A stretch of 64,000 nt of DNA from a virus (IMGVR_UViG_3300018914_000064:11297-75296); one strand, 5' to 3'; positions 37,705-47,988 are shown, counted from the first letter of the stretch. The notes: generated from the letters alone by a model not told the origin. Numbers and translations: made by a program.

Positions 37705-38310
37705 ATGTTACAATTTCTGATGCTTGCGTTCGCTCTTACAGTGAATGCTCCAGACTATCATATCACCGATCAAGTCAAGGTGATGCAAGCTAAGAAAAAT
37801 GTAGTGGCTGCAAGCACAAGCCAAGAAAGCGATGAAGAGAATACATATCCAAACTACATTCATATCCCTTTGTCAAATGACTTAAAAAAATACATATATG
37901 AAGAAAGTAAAAAATACGGAATTAGTTATGAGCTTATGCTCTCAATTGCCTACGTGGAATCTAAATTTGATACGGATGTACTTTCTTATGACGGTTCCAG
38001 CACTGGACTTTATCAATTGAACAGAAGAAACACTGTTAGTTGGATTTGCGAGCAAATGGGAGTGAAACGGCTCGACCCAAACAACCCATATGAAGCTACT
38101 CGAATGGCGGTTTGGTACATTGACTACCTTAGAAAGAAGTATCTTAATGAGGGATACAGCGAAGAGAGTGCAACAAAGAGAGCACTATTGGCTTATCGAT
38201 TCGGGATGAGTAAGAGTAAAGGGAAGAGTCTGAATCATGCGTATGTGAAAGCAGTCCTGAAGTATAAACAACAATTAGAGAGTGGGGAGATTAGTGTTAA
38301 TCATACTTGA
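37705..38310 (+). CDS. Secreted lytic transglycosylase (SLT domain), 201 aa.
   Basis: Signal peptide MLQFLMLAFALTVNA. SLT motifs AYVESKFDTDV ... TGLYQLN ... AYRFG. Confidence 0.6.
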   Translation: MLQFLMLAFALTVNAPDYHITDQVKVMQAKKNVVAASTSQESDEENTYPNYIHIPLSNDLKKYIYEESKKYGISYELMLSIAYVESKFDTDVLSYDGSSTGLYQLNRRNTVSWICEQMGVKRLDPNNPYEATRMAVWYIDYLRKKYLNEGYSEESATKRALLAYRFGMSKSKGKSLNHAYVKAVLKYKQQLESGEISVNHT

Positions 38311-38803
38311 GGGAAATGAACTAAATTTTAAAACAACCATTGCAAAAAAATTGTCTATATTATCAGGTTTTAATACGATCAAAGGCTCCTCATTTGAACA
38401 ATCCAAGGCATCGAATGATGAATTGTTTACTCGTTTTTCCTCAATGAGCAAAATGAACAAAACCATTATCGACAGGTTTATCTATTCTAACTTGGTCTAT
38501 GCGTCACTTTATAAGGATTTTTCCATGATTAACGAAGTACAAAGATTACACTTAGAAGAACAGTTACGAGATAATAACGCTTTAGTAATTTATTTGCATA
38601 GTGATGTTGAGGTTTTAAAACAGCGTTTGAAAGTTCGTGGTGATGAGTATGTACATGAAGATAAACTACAATCCATCAACGAAAGATATGCGGAAGTCCT
38701 AAAAAATTCAACCGTACCAGTGCTATATATCAACACAGAACACTTGTCATCAGATAAAATTGCGGAATACATTTACACACTGATACGAAAGGGGGTAGAA
38801 TGA
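38282..38803 (+). CDS. Nucleotide-kinase-like protein with a degenerate P-loop.
   Basis: VLIILEGNELNFKTTIAKKL resembles a dNMP/thymidylate kinase N-terminus but lacks the canonical GxxxxGK[ST]. Confidence 0.3.
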   Translation: MGRLVLIILEGNELNFKTTIAKKLSILSGFNTIKGSSFEQSKASNDELFTRFSSMSKMNKTIIDRFIYSNLVYASLYKDFSMINEVQRLHLEEQLRDNNALVIYLHSDVEVLKQRLKVRGDEYVHEDKLQSINERYAEVLKNSTVPVLYINTEHLSSDKIAEYIYTLIRKGVE

Positions 38804-39063
38804 TGTCTCTTATTGAGAAAGTAAACGCAGAAGTATTGGCTGAACGTTATCGTCAAGATCAGAAATGGGGAGTTCAGAGACATGACTATGGTGGTTGGCT
38901 GATGATTTTGATGGAAGAAGTAGGCGAAGTGGCAGAAGCTATGATGAAGCAACGAGGGTGGGGTAAGGAAACAGATGCAGAGAATCTTTATCAGGAATTA
39001 ATTCAGGTGGCTGCTGTAGCATCTGCAATTGCTGAACAAGTTTTAGAGTCAAAGAGTGAATGA
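38800..39063 (+). CDS. MazG-like nucleotide pyrophosphohydrolase domain protein (87 aa).
   Basis: QDQKWG ... EEVGEVAEA matches the MazG EExGE motif. Confidence 0.5.
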   Translation: MMSLIEKVNAEVLAERYRQDQKWGVQRHDYGGWLMILMEEVGEVAEAMMKQRGWGKETDAENLYQELIQVAAVASAIAEQVLESKSE

Positions 39064-39100
39064 AAACCTAATTTGATATAGAAATTGAGGAGGAAAATCA

Positions 39101-39385
39101 ATGAATAAACTTGAGTTAATTAATAGTATGGAGGTCGTTGAAGATTCGGCTTCCTGTGGAGAATTGGAATATGTTCTGATCGCAAATACACCTGAAAATC
39201 GTGAGAAACTGCTTCAAATCGGAGCGACTCAACAGGAAATTGACAACGCAACGGATGATTTTGACGGTGAAACCATTGATATTTCTAGCATTGGATTCAT
39301 GTACACGGGAGCAAAGTGGTACGAAAAAAGACTCGGTGGTTTCTTGGATTATGTGCCAGATCATGCGCCAGAATGGGCTAAATAA
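39101..39385 (+). CDS. Hypothetical protein.
   Basis: RBS GAGGAGGAAAA upstream. Confidence 0.45.
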   Translation: MNKLELINSMEVVEDSASCGELEYVLIANTPENREKLLQIGATQQEIDNATDDFDGETIDISSIGFMYTGAKWYEKRLGGFLDYVPDHAPEWAK

Positions 39386-39421
39386 GATAAAACTAATTTT
39401 TAACGGAAAGGGAACGGTTAT

Positions 39422-39763
39422 ATGATCAAACGTACCTTTAAAGAATTAAATTATATTGTTTATGACCATCACGACCAACTTGTAATTCAAACAGATAATT
39501 ATGATGAGGCAATTAAAGAATACGAGAAGTGCAAAGAAATCTGGAAGCAATATGTTTTAGATGGCGGGGCATTTGGAGAAGAGGCAAAAGTTGTTTTGGC
39601 TGTAGTACTAAAAGATTTCCACGCTTCTACAGTTGATGATGGTAGCAAAGATTGGGATTTTCATGAGGATACATATGATGTATCTGTACGCCATAAGAAA
39701 ACTCTTCAAGAATTGGCGAATCGAATTTTCAATGCTCCACATAATAAATATCTGATCAAATAA
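39422..39763 (+). CDS. Hypothetical protein.
   Basis: RBS AAAGGGAACGG upstream. Confidence 0.45.
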   Translation: MIKRTFKELNYIVYDHHDQLVIQTDNYDEAIKEYEKCKEIWKQYVLDGGAFGEEAKVVLAVVLKDFHASTVDDGSKDWDFHEDTYDVSVRHKKTLQELANRIFNAPHNKYLIK

Positions 39764-39791
39764 TGGTTTCATTTAGAAAGGAAGTTGGTTC

Positions 39792-40334
39792 ATGGACAGT
39801 CACAATCAAGACTGGCAAGACTTGTTTGACTTAATGTTTCAGATAAAACGAACCAGAGAAAAAGAGTTTAAATTATTCAAAAAGGCTGTTAGACAATTTG
39901 TAGATGATGATACATACAATCTAATTAGCAATCAATTCAATAAACTAGTTAATGTACATAGACATGTCACAAAGGAAAATCCTAAGGCAGCATATGAGAA
40001 GGTCAAATCTCAATTACCGAAGAGAAAAATTATCGTTAAATTAGGTGATCTTTCGATTGAGTTTCCAAACGAAACATCCATCGACTTAACAGAGCAATTG
40101 TCTAGCTACTTGGAAAAACATGTGTCTCTACAAGAAACTGAAGATTTCTTAATCGAGCATAAATATTCAAGCATAGAAATGAAAGTAGAAGATGAAGATT
40201 ATAATTTTATGTTTCCATTATTAAAAAGCAGATCGTTTAAATTAACATCGCCTATCCGCAATGAGTATTTTGTATTGAAACCCGATAAAAGAGGACTGTA
40301 CTGCAACCTATATACTCATAAGAAGAAAACCTAA
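39792..40334 (+). CDS. Hypothetical protein (180 aa).
   Basis: RBS AAAGGAAG upstream. Confidence 0.45.
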   Translation: MDSHNQDWQDLFDLMFQIKRTREKEFKLFKKAVRQFVDDDTYNLISNQFNKLVNVHRHVTKENPKAAYEKVKSQLPKRKIIVKLGDLSIEFPNETSIDLTEQLSSYLEKHVSLQETEDFLIEHKYSSIEMKVEDEDYNFMFPLLKSRSFKLTSPIRNEYFVLKPDKRGLYCNLYTHKKKT

Positions 40335-40373
40335 TCAAAGTGCAATTTCATCTAAAAATAATGGAGTGGTTAA

Positions 40374-40928
40374 ATGGAGTTAAGAAACAAATATGAAATT
40401 AGAGGGGATACAACCGCAATTTTTCTAAGTAATCGCAAAGGAGAAACTTATGAAACATTAATTGATACTGAAGACCTTGAGAAAATTGTAGCATTAAATT
40501 TATCTTGGCATTTACGATTTGATCCAAGCACAAAATCATACTATGCAAAAGCGACACGATACATACCAAAAACAGACGAAAATGGATGGAAGTCGGAATC
40601 TGTATACTTACATATGGTCATTATGGATTTTAAGTTTGAAAACTTCAATGGACATGTAGATCACATAAATCACAACAGGCTTGATAATAGAAAAGTGAAT
40701 CTGCGCATACTCCCAGTCAGTAAAAATTTAAGGCATCGTAAAGGTAGAAATAGCAACAACAAGTCTGGTGAAAGAAACGTATGCTGGAGCAAAACAGAGC
40801 AAAAATATTTAGTGCAGTTGATGCATAACGGGAAGAATACTTGTTTTGGAAGATTCGATGAGGATGAGTTTGATAAGGCGGTAGCATTAGCTCGAAGGTT
40901 GCGAAAAGAATTGTATGGTGAAGATTAA
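40374..40928 (+). CDS. HNH endonuclease, HNH_3/homing-type (184 aa).
   Basis: GHVDHINHNRLDNRKVNLRIL is an HNH motif. Confidence 0.65.
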   Translation: MELRNKYEIRGDTTAIFLSNRKGETYETLIDTEDLEKIVALNLSWHLRFDPSTKSYYAKATRYIPKTDENGWKSESVYLHMVIMDFKFENFNGHVDHINHNRLDNRKVNLRILPVSKNLRHRKGRNSNNKSGERNVCWSKTEQKYLVQLMHNGKNTCFGRFDEDEFDKAVALARRLRKELYGED

Positions 40929-40991
40929 ATTACAATGATATTCGTATTTTTATCAGAATAATATTTATCCTCTATAAAATGGAGGAAGGCA

Positions 40992-41348
40992 ATGAAAATA
41001 AAACACGGAGTTACAAGAACAGCATTTGTCTTCACTAAGATTACATTTAAAATCCCTTCATTAAAAAGTAGTTTTATGAATTTTATATCCGGCATACAAG
41101 CCAACTTAAACGAAAAACAGTTTTCGGGATGGAGAGATGACTTAGCTAAAGTCCTTTATTGTAATAGATTTGGGCTGTTGTTAATTATGGAGACATGTGA
41201 AGAGATAGAAATGAACGAGGTTGATTTTAGAAATAAAATAAAAAAACTTTATTCAAATGATAGCGATAGGGAGTTTATGCTGAGTGATCTTAAGAAAAGC
41301 AATTGGGGAATAAAACAAGGAAGATTTATTAAAATTGATTTTGGCTAA
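40992..41348 (+). CDS. Hypothetical protein.
   Basis: RBS GGAGGAAGG upstream. Confidence 0.45.
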   Translation: MKIKHGVTRTAFVFTKITFKIPSLKSSFMNFISGIQANLNEKQFSGWRDDLAKVLYCNRFGLLLIMETCEEIEMNEVDFRNKIKKLYSNDSDREFMLSDLKKSNWGIKQGRFIKIDFG

Positions 41349-41393
41349 TTCTTCAATTTGCAAAAGGAAATTAAATAGATGGGAGATGATTAA

Positions 41394-41894
41394 TTGAGTA
41401 ATAGAACTACAGGAATGGGTGGGCATCAATCAGCACGAATGATGAAAGATGAATGGCTTACACCTCCTGAACTATTAGCACAATTATGTGAGTTTGATCT
41501 TGACCCATGTTCACCAATCAATAGACCTTGGGACACAGCAAAGACTCATTACAATGTAAATGACGATGGTCTTTCCAAGGAATGGTTCGGAAGGGTGTGG
41601 CTAAATCCTCCATATGGACGTGAGGCAGCAGAATGGCTTAATAAACTCGCAGCACATGGAAATGGAATTGCACTAATATTTGCTAGAACTGAAACAGAGA
41701 TGTTCTTTGAGCATGTGTGGGAGAAAGCAAATGCACTACTTTTCTTAAGGGGAAGGTTATATTTTCATCATGTAAATGGTGAACGAGCAAAAGCAAATGC
41801 AGGAGCACCTTCGGTATTAATTGCATATGGAGAGAATAATGCATCCGTTCTTGAAAGTGTTAGTCATTTAGGACAATTTATTAAATTAAAATAA
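41394..41894 (+). CDS. DNA N6-adenine methyltransferase, small phage Dam family (166 aa).
   Basis: EWLTPPELL ... DLDPC ... VWLNPPYG (NPPY motif IV). Size and layout typical of phage Dam. Confidence 0.7.
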   Translation: MSNRTTGMGGHQSARMMKDEWLTPPELLAQLCEFDLDPCSPINRPWDTAKTHYNVNDDGLSKEWFGRVWLNPPYGREAAEWLNKLAAHGNGIALIFARTETEMFFEHVWEKANALLFLRGRLYFHHVNGERAKANAGAPSVLIAYGENNASVLESVSHLGQFIKLK

Positions 41895-41911
41895 CAATTG
41901 GGAGTGATTAT

Positions 41912-42712
41912 TTGAAACCACTAATTAAATGGATGGGCGGTAAACGCAAACTCTTATCACATTACAAAAAACTTGGCTGGAATCCAATCGGAAGAATTCT
42001 TGAACCATTTTGTGGTAGTGCAGCAGTGAGTTTAGACTCAGATAATGTTTTCGTTTTAAATGACGCTAATACATATCTGATTAATTTCTACAACGTAATC
42101 GGTAAATTTACCGAAGAGGACATACATAAATTCATTGGTCGATTTTATTCACATAATTTCTCCAAAGAAGAATTCTATGAATATCGAGACAAACAGTATG
42201 AACTGAATGACTCATATGAATTAGCGTGTTGGTTTTTCTATATCAACCGTATTGGCTTCAACGGACTATGGCGTGTAAATAGTAAAGGCAAAGTCAACAT
42301 GGCTTATGGTGATCCATTGAATAGTTGGCAAGGATTAAAGGATATAACTCAAGAAAACTTTACATCATATGTGAATAAACTTAAAAATAAAGAAATACAT
42401 AATTGTGATGGCATTGAATTTATGCTCAACCAAGCAAGGAGCGGTGATTGGATATTTGTTGACCCGCCGTACGATAATGCAGAAGACAAATATACTTCTG
42501 AAGGGTGGTCAAGAGAAAAGTTAGTATCACTGAAAAATGCCATGATTGAAGTTAAGAACAGAGGTTGTCATGTGTTTCACACCAATGCTAATACGGATTT
42601 CGTTAGGGAGTTGTTTGCAGACTGTGAGATTAGTGAAGTTGGAAGACAGGGTGGCATGAATAGCGATGCGTCTAAACGAACTTCAGTTAAGGAGTTATTA
42701 ATTAAAATTTAA
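41912..42712 (+). CDS. DNA adenine methyltransferase, D12 class, Dam-like (266 aa).
   Basis: IKWMGGKRKL, EPFCGSAAV (AdoMet site), NDANTYLINFY, FVDPPYD. Confidence 0.75.
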   Translation: MKPLIKWMGGKRKLLSHYKKLGWNPIGRILEPFCGSAAVSLDSDNVFVLNDANTYLINFYNVIGKFTEEDIHKFIGRFYSHNFSKEEFYEYRDKQYELNDSYELACWFFYINRIGFNGLWRVNSKGKVNMAYGDPLNSWQGLKDITQENFTSYVNKLKNKEIHNCDGIEFMLNQARSGDWIFVDPPYDNAEDKYTSEGWSREKLVSLKNAMIEVKNRGCHVFHTNANTDFVRELFADCEISEVGRQGGMNSDASKRTSVKELLIKI

Positions 42713-43525
42713 ATAAAAAATAACTTTTATAGGGAAAGGGGATGTAGACATGGAAGAAAAAATTAATGAAATTCACCAAATGATCAAAGATGCATATCCA
42801 GACGCAGTTAGTGTCAAAATTTTTGTTAACAGTGATGGTATAGAAGTAGATCCAAAGTTTAGAACAAATCTGAACAATTTTTCGATGAAAACAATTACTG
42901 GGAAATGGGTTAAGAAGAGTCGATAAAACAGTCATTTAATGGAAAGGAGGTATTGTAGTGATAGTAAAAATTGATGAGATTAGAAAGAAAATTTATCAGA
43001 TTGATAAGAATTATCAGCCGTTAGAGATGGGCTTGCTGAAATCAACGATACATTGCATTCTAATCGCTTAAGTAATATTGGTGATAAAATTACGGATGTG
43101 GGAGGTAAACTTATTGAACTTGAAGCAGCACTAGTAGTTATGAAAAGACAAATAAGCGAAAGTTAATCAAATCGAGATTTGATTTAGAAAGGAGATAAAA
43201 CCATATGAGCATGACTATTTATGGTGGATTTGTTCCATTTGTATTAATATTTACCGGAATAGGTCTATATGTTTTCGGTTGTGAGTTGTACAGATTTGCT
43301 TCTAATCGCACAAAGAAAACCAAATAAAAAGTTAGCTTTATCGAAAATTAAATAAAAATAAAACTTATAGAAAAGGTGTATATTCATGAGATTATTCAAC
43401 GGAATTTTTTCTGTTTATTGGTTTGGGCTATTTGTCGCATTGTGGTTTGGGTATCAACCAAGTTTTCTTGAGATCAGTTGCGGTTTTCTGCTCGCCGGAC
43501 TCAACTTTTTGAAAGAGGTGTTTTG

Positions 43526-43696
43526 ATGAAAGACTTTATTGTACAGTCAGCTTTGTCTCTTGGTACAGGACTAATTACGGGTGTTGTTTTTGCAGCTTTA
43601 CGTCTGCCCGTCCCAGCTCCGCCAGCCATTCCAGCCGTAATCGGCATACTTGGAATCACCGTAGGGTTTCTTTTATATCAAAAATTTATTGGTTAA
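43526..43696 (+). CDS. Small membrane protein, XapX/DUF1427-like (about 56 aa).
   Basis: RBS GAAAGAGGTG upstream. GLITGVVFAALRLPVPAPPAIPAVIGILGITVG. Confidence 0.4.
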   Translation: MKDFIVQSALSLGTGLITGVVFAALRLPVPAPPAIPAVIGILGITVGFLLYQKFIG

Positions 43697-43764
43697 TTGC
43701 ACCTTCTAGACAACTACAGCAAGAAGGGACGTGATATAAAAATAAAAAATAAGTGGGGGATAAA

Positions 43765-43968
43765 ATGAACAAGGATTTTTATCGAAAATTTGCAGAGAAA
43801 AAATTGAATAAAGGATGGACTATCGAACAAGTATGCTCTTCACTTTATGGGTTTCTGGACAAACGTAATAATCGTAGGGCTTATATTGTGGAATACTTCG
43901 GAAAGATAGATGGGCAATGGATTTATAAAGAGGAAATAATTTATTTGGAGAGAGTTGGCGATTTATAA
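43765..43968 (+). CDS. Hypothetical small protein.
   Basis: RBS GTGGGGG before ATG 43765. Confidence 0.45.
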   Translation: MNKDFYRKFAEKKLNKGWTIEQVCSSLYGFLDKRNNRRAYIVEYFGKIDGQWIYKEEIIYLERVGDL

Positions 43969-43987
43969 ATTTAAGGAGGAGAAATTA

Positions 43988-44209
43988 ATGTTTAATCCCG
44001 AAGAATTCTTTGATAGGGAAAATGTAGAATATCATACATATAACACTTGCTTTTCAGACGCAGGCAACTATTTCAATGCATATATCGGACAAAAAGACGG
44101 AAAGTTGATCGGAGTTATTGCGGTAAATGATCAGTACATCAAAGTAGATATAGAAGCATTGAAATGGATAGGTGAACAACTGGCTAAAGCAAACGAATTA
44201 TGCTCGTAA
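43988..44209 (+). CDS. Hypothetical small protein.
   Basis: RBS AAGGAGGAG before ATG 43988. Confidence 0.45.
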   Translation: MFNPEEFFDRENVEYHTYNTCFSDAGNYFNAYIGQKDGKLIGVIAVNDQYIKVDIEALKWIGEQLAKANELCS

Positions 44210-44228
44210 AAAATATTTGTATAAGGTA

Positions 44229-44257
44229 TTTACAAAACTAAAAATAAATTGTATTCT
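44229..44257 (+). promoter_or_regulatory. SigmaA-like promoter: TTTACA, 17 nt, TATTCT.
   Basis: The spacer contains AAAAATAAATTGTA, the same motif family as the other phage promoters. It precedes the 44364 gene. Confidence 0.45.
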
Positions 44258-44363
44258 AAGTACAAGCTAATTTGAAGGGAATGAGAATAATGTAACCGCG
44301 AAAGAGTCACCACAATAACATAAGTAAAAAATATATTACATATCAGGGAGAGTTGATTATTTA

Positions 44364-44615
44364 ATGAAACGTAACAACAATCGTAAACCATCTTTTGGCT
44401 ACTTCAACTTTGGAGCAAACAATAAAGAAGTTAAATTCGCAGAACTGAAAAAGGGCACAAAGCGTTATTATGCTTTCGGGCGAAACACAGACACAGGTAA
44501 AGAGTTCGTACTGGACTATGATGGAAAGTTTCCAAGTGAAGCTGAAGCGTATTTTGAAATGGAGTTTAATGCCCTTGGTGCAGAATTTATTAAACCGATT
44601 CGTTGCTACCAATAA
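44364..44615 (+). CDS. Hypothetical protein.
   Basis: RBS AGGGAGAG upstream. Confidence 0.45.
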   Translation: MKRNNNRKPSFGYFNFGANNKEVKFAELKKGTKRYYAFGRNTDTGKEFVLDYDGKFPSEAEAYFEMEFNALGAEFIKPIRCYQ

Positions 44616-44623
44616 AGACTGAA

Positions 44624-44827
44624 ATGGCGACAAGAGATATTCCAGAGATTGATGACTGTAAGGAATACATGTTGAATTTAATGAAAGTCATCAGAGGGTT
44701 AACGTTGTTTGAATCATATAACCTTTCCGTAAGAGACTTTGAACGTGGCTACGAGGATAAGGAGTTGCGGAAGGCATTAAAGAATCTAAGTAAGGCATAT
44801 GAAGAAATGAAAGAGGGAAGTAAATGA
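44624..44827 (+). CDS. Hypothetical small protein.
   Basis: Open from a TTG at 44603. Internal ATG at 44624. The 59-aa ORF 44824-45003 follows with ATGA overlap. Confidence 0.35.
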   Translation: MATRDIPEIDDCKEYMLNLMKVIRGLTLFESYNLSVRDFERGYEDKELRKALKNLSKAYEEMKEGSK

Positions 44828-45021
44828 ATCAAGTAATCACATTCGATAAAGAAAAAGCAATTAAACTTCTGTCTGTACTGGAAAAATCGATCCCGAAAAA
44901 AGACTTCTCTCAGGAAGAGAGAGGTAAAATCTATGAATCAATGTATGAATTTATGCTGGAATTAGAAGAGCATTTTAATTTAAGCGAAGGACATATTGAG
45001 TAAAAGGAGCTGCTTAAGAAA

Positions 45022-45375
45022 TTGTCTCACTCGACTTATGGCAAACATTTGATTTATGACATGTATGGGGTGGATAGTGACCTACTGGATGACATTGAAA
45101 CACTTGAGAAGATTCTTCGTGAGGGAGTAGAGAAATGCGGGGCGACAATCCTCTCATCAACACGACACCATTTCCAACCAAATGGCTGTACAGTTCTCCT
45201 TCTTCTAAGTGAAAGTCATGCGTCGATTCATACCTATCCTGAAGATGGCTATATTTCCGCCGACCTGTATACATGTGGCAATTCAGATCCTCAAATTGCA
45301 ATTGATTATCTGCTTCAACACCTAAAACCAACGAAAGTGAACTCAAGTAGTATCATTCGCGGTGTGTTGTTGTGA
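45022..45375 (+). CDS. speD: S-adenosylmethionine decarboxylase proenzyme, SpeD/SpeH type (117 aa).
   Basis: LIYDMYGVD ... LLSESHASIHTYPEDGYISADLYTCGNSDP. The ESH processing site and HTYPE motif align closely with bacterial AdoMetDC. Confidence 0.75.
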   Translation: MSHSTYGKHLIYDMYGVDSDLLDDIETLEKILREGVEKCGATILSSTRHHFQPNGCTVLLLLSESHASIHTYPEDGYISADLYTCGNSDPQIAIDYLLQHLKPTKVNSSSIIRGVLL

Positions 45376-45397
45376 TTGACATATGGGAGGAGAAGCA

Positions 45398-45721
45398 ATG
45401 CCCACCTACATGAAAAATAACTTGGCTGTCAAAGCCGAGCAAATACACAAAGATTTTGAGTTAAGTAATGAATACTCAAGTTACAAAGGTAAGGCTGGGG
45501 ACTATGTGGTTCACGAAAATGGGACTCAAATAGTAATTCCCAAACACATCTTTGAACAAGAGTACACCAGAGCAGACAAAAAAGCACCTAAAAACCTTCG
45601 GGAATGGATGGAGCAGGGCTACAAGGAAATGGCGCAGATTAATTTAGAAATAGCGAATGAAATGAGTCATCTGGAACATGAAGCACATAAACAAATTGAG
45701 AAAAATTTTAAAAATACATAA
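45398..45721 (+). CDS. Hypothetical protein.
   Basis: RBS GGGAGGAG before ATG 45398. Confidence 0.45.
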   Translation: MPTYMKNNLAVKAEQIHKDFELSNEYSSYKGKAGDYVVHENGTQIVIPKHIFEQEYTRADKKAPKNLREWMEQGYKEMAQINLEIANEMSHLEHEAHKQIEKNFKNT

Positions 45722-45759
45722 ACTGATTAAACAAAAATAATTAAATTCGGAGGAAGTAA

Positions 45760-47988
45760 ATGCGAATTATTAAACGTGACGGTCGAGTTGAAGACCTGAA
45801 CTTTGCTAAGTTAAAGAAAGTAATCGACTTTGCCACTGAGGATGAAAAACTGTCACTTGTTCTTTCTCAAGAAGTGATACCTCAACTCAAACATGAAATG
45901 ACTACAAAAGAAATTCAAAAAACACTAGTACAATTGGCAGTTGAAAAAACTAGCGTTGAAGAACCGTTTTGGCAATTCATTGGCGCAAAGTTGTTCCTAT
46001 ATGACCTTTATAAAGAAGCAGCGTTGAATCGTGGACAGAAAAAGTTCGGTTATCCCGGCTTCTATAAATTGATCAAAGAACTTGTGAAACAACAACGATA
46101 TGGGGCTTATCTCCTAGATACATATAATAAAGAAGAAATTGAAGAACTCAGTACGTACATGAAACATGAACGAGATTATCTTTTCAACTATGCTGGGTTA
46201 AAGCTTTTGGCTGATCGTTATTTGGTTAAAGGCTCAAATGACGAAGTAATGGAACTGCCACAGGAACGTTTTATGGTAATTGCGATGCATTTAGCCATAA
46301 AGGAAAAGCCAGAGAGTCGATTGAAGCATGTAAAAGATTTTTATGACATTCTGTCCAAGTTGGAGATTACCGTAGCGACTCCAACACTCGCGAATGCAGG
46401 CACTCCACATCATCAGCTTTCATCTTGCTTCATTGACACAGTTGACGATTCTTTAAATGGAATCATGAATACTGCTAATGCAACTGCTATGGTATCAAAA
46501 TTTGGTGGCGGTGTGGGAATCTATTTGGGGAAAGTACGAAGCCGTGGTTCCTCTATTCGAGGTCATAAGGGTGCATCTGGTGGAGTTGTACCGTGGACAC
46601 GTTTGTACAATCAAATTGCTATTAGTGTCGATCAGTTAGGTACACGCTCAGGAGCTTTCGCTATTTATCTCGATGTTTGGCATGCCGATATTCTTGATTT
46701 CCTAAACTTAAAAACAAACAACGGCGATGAACGAATGAAAGCCCATGATATCTTTCCTGCCGTTTGTATTCCAGATTTGTTTATGCAACGAGTAAAGGAA
46801 CGTGGAATGTGGTATCTATTTGACCCTCATGAAGTGCGTGATGTTATGGGATTCTCCATTGAAGATTATTATGGAGAAGAATTTGAAGCAAGATATGAAA
46901 TGTGTGTAAATGAACCACGCCTGACAATGAAAACTGAAATCCCTGCCATTGATATTATGAAAAAAATAATGGCAAGTGCGTTTGAGACTGGAACACCGTT
47001 TATATTCTTCCGCGATACCGTAAATAATGCGAATCCCAATAAGCATGCAGGAATGATTTATAGTTCAAACCTCTGTACGGAGATCTGTCAGAATATGAGT
47101 CCCACAATGTTTATTGCAGAAGAAGATGAAAATGATGAAATTACATTCCGTTTCAAGTCAGGCGATTTTGTTGTTTGCAATCTTTCATCTCTGAATTTGG
47201 GTCGAATCAACACATTTGAAGACATTGCTCGAATTGTCCCTGTCCAAATGCGTATGCTTGATAATGTCATTGACTTAAACTACTACCCCGTAAAGCAAGC
47301 AAAAATTACAAACAGTAAATATCGAGCAGTCGGATTAGGGACGAGTGGGTATCACCAGTATCTAGCCCAAAAAGGTATTAAGTGGGAAAGTGATGAGCAT
47401 GTCAAAGCTGCCGATGAATTGTATGAGGAAATAGCATATCATGCAATCAAAGCATCAATGGAGATCGCTAAGGAAAAGGGCACATATAAAGCGTTCGAAG
47501 GCAGTGAATGGCAGACAGGCGAATACTTTGAGCGTCGAGGATATACTTCTGAACGTTGGAATCAACTTAAAAAAGAGATGGCTCAAAATGGCATGAGAAA
47601 TGCATGGACTTTTGCAGTTGCACCAACTGGCTCAACTAGTTTGATTGCAGGTTCTACAGCCAGCATCGATCCTGTTTACTCAAAATTCTTCATTGAAGAA
47701 AAGAAAAATGGAAATGTGCCTCAGACCGCACCAAATTTGAATGCACAGACATTTCATTATTACAAAGAAGCACACCGCATTGATCAGCAATGGTCGATCA
47801 AGGCGGCAGGAGCGCGGCAAAAGCATATTGACCAATCGCAATCATTCAATCTGTATATCACACCTGATATTACAGCCCCTGAATTCTTAGACCTGTATGT
47901 GAAATCGTGGGAACACGGTCTGAAAACTATCTATTACGTGCGAAACCAGTCGGTAGACGTGGAAGATTGTGTAAGTTGCTCAGCTTAA
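45760..47988 (+). CDS. nrdE: Ribonucleoside-diphosphate reductase large subunit (742 aa).
   Basis: N-terminal IIKRDGRVEDLNF. Catalytic-core motifs NLCTEI, PTGSTS, SQSFNLY and C-terminal CVSCS redox cysteines. Confidence 0.85.
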   Translation: MRIIKRDGRVEDLNFAKLKKVIDFATEDEKLSLVLSQEVIPQLKHEMTTKEIQKTLVQLAVEKTSVEEPFWQFIGAKLFLYDLYKEAALNRGQKKFGYPGFYKLIKELVKQQRYGAYLLDTYNKEEIEELSTYMKHERDYLFNYAGLKLLADRYLVKGSNDEVMELPQERFMVIAMHLAIKEKPESRLKHVKDFYDILSKLEITVATPTLANAGTPHHQLSSCFIDTVDDSLNGIMNTANATAMVSKFGGGVGIYLGKVRSRGSSIRGHKGASGGVVPWTRLYNQIAISVDQLGTRSGAFAIYLDVWHADILDFLNLKTNNGDERMKAHDIFPAVCIPDLFMQRVKERGMWYLFDPHEVRDVMGFSIEDYYGEEFEARYEMCVNEPRLTMKTEIPAIDIMKKIMASAFETGTPFIFFRDTVNNANPNKHAGMIYSSNLCTEICQNMSPTMFIAEEDENDEITFRFKSGDFVVCNLSSLNLGRINTFEDIARIVPVQMRMLDNVIDLNYYPVKQAKITNSKYRAVGLGTSGYHQYLAQKGIKWESDEHVKAADELYEEIAYHAIKASMEIAKEKGTYKAFEGSEWQTGEYFERRGYTSERWNQLKKEMAQNGMRNAWTFAVAPTGSTSLIAGSTASIDPVYSKFFIEEKKNGNVPQTAPNLNAQTFHYYKEAHRIDQQWSIKAAGARQKHIDQSQSFNLYITPDITAPEFLDLYVKSWEHGLKTIYYVRNQSVDVEDCVSCSA

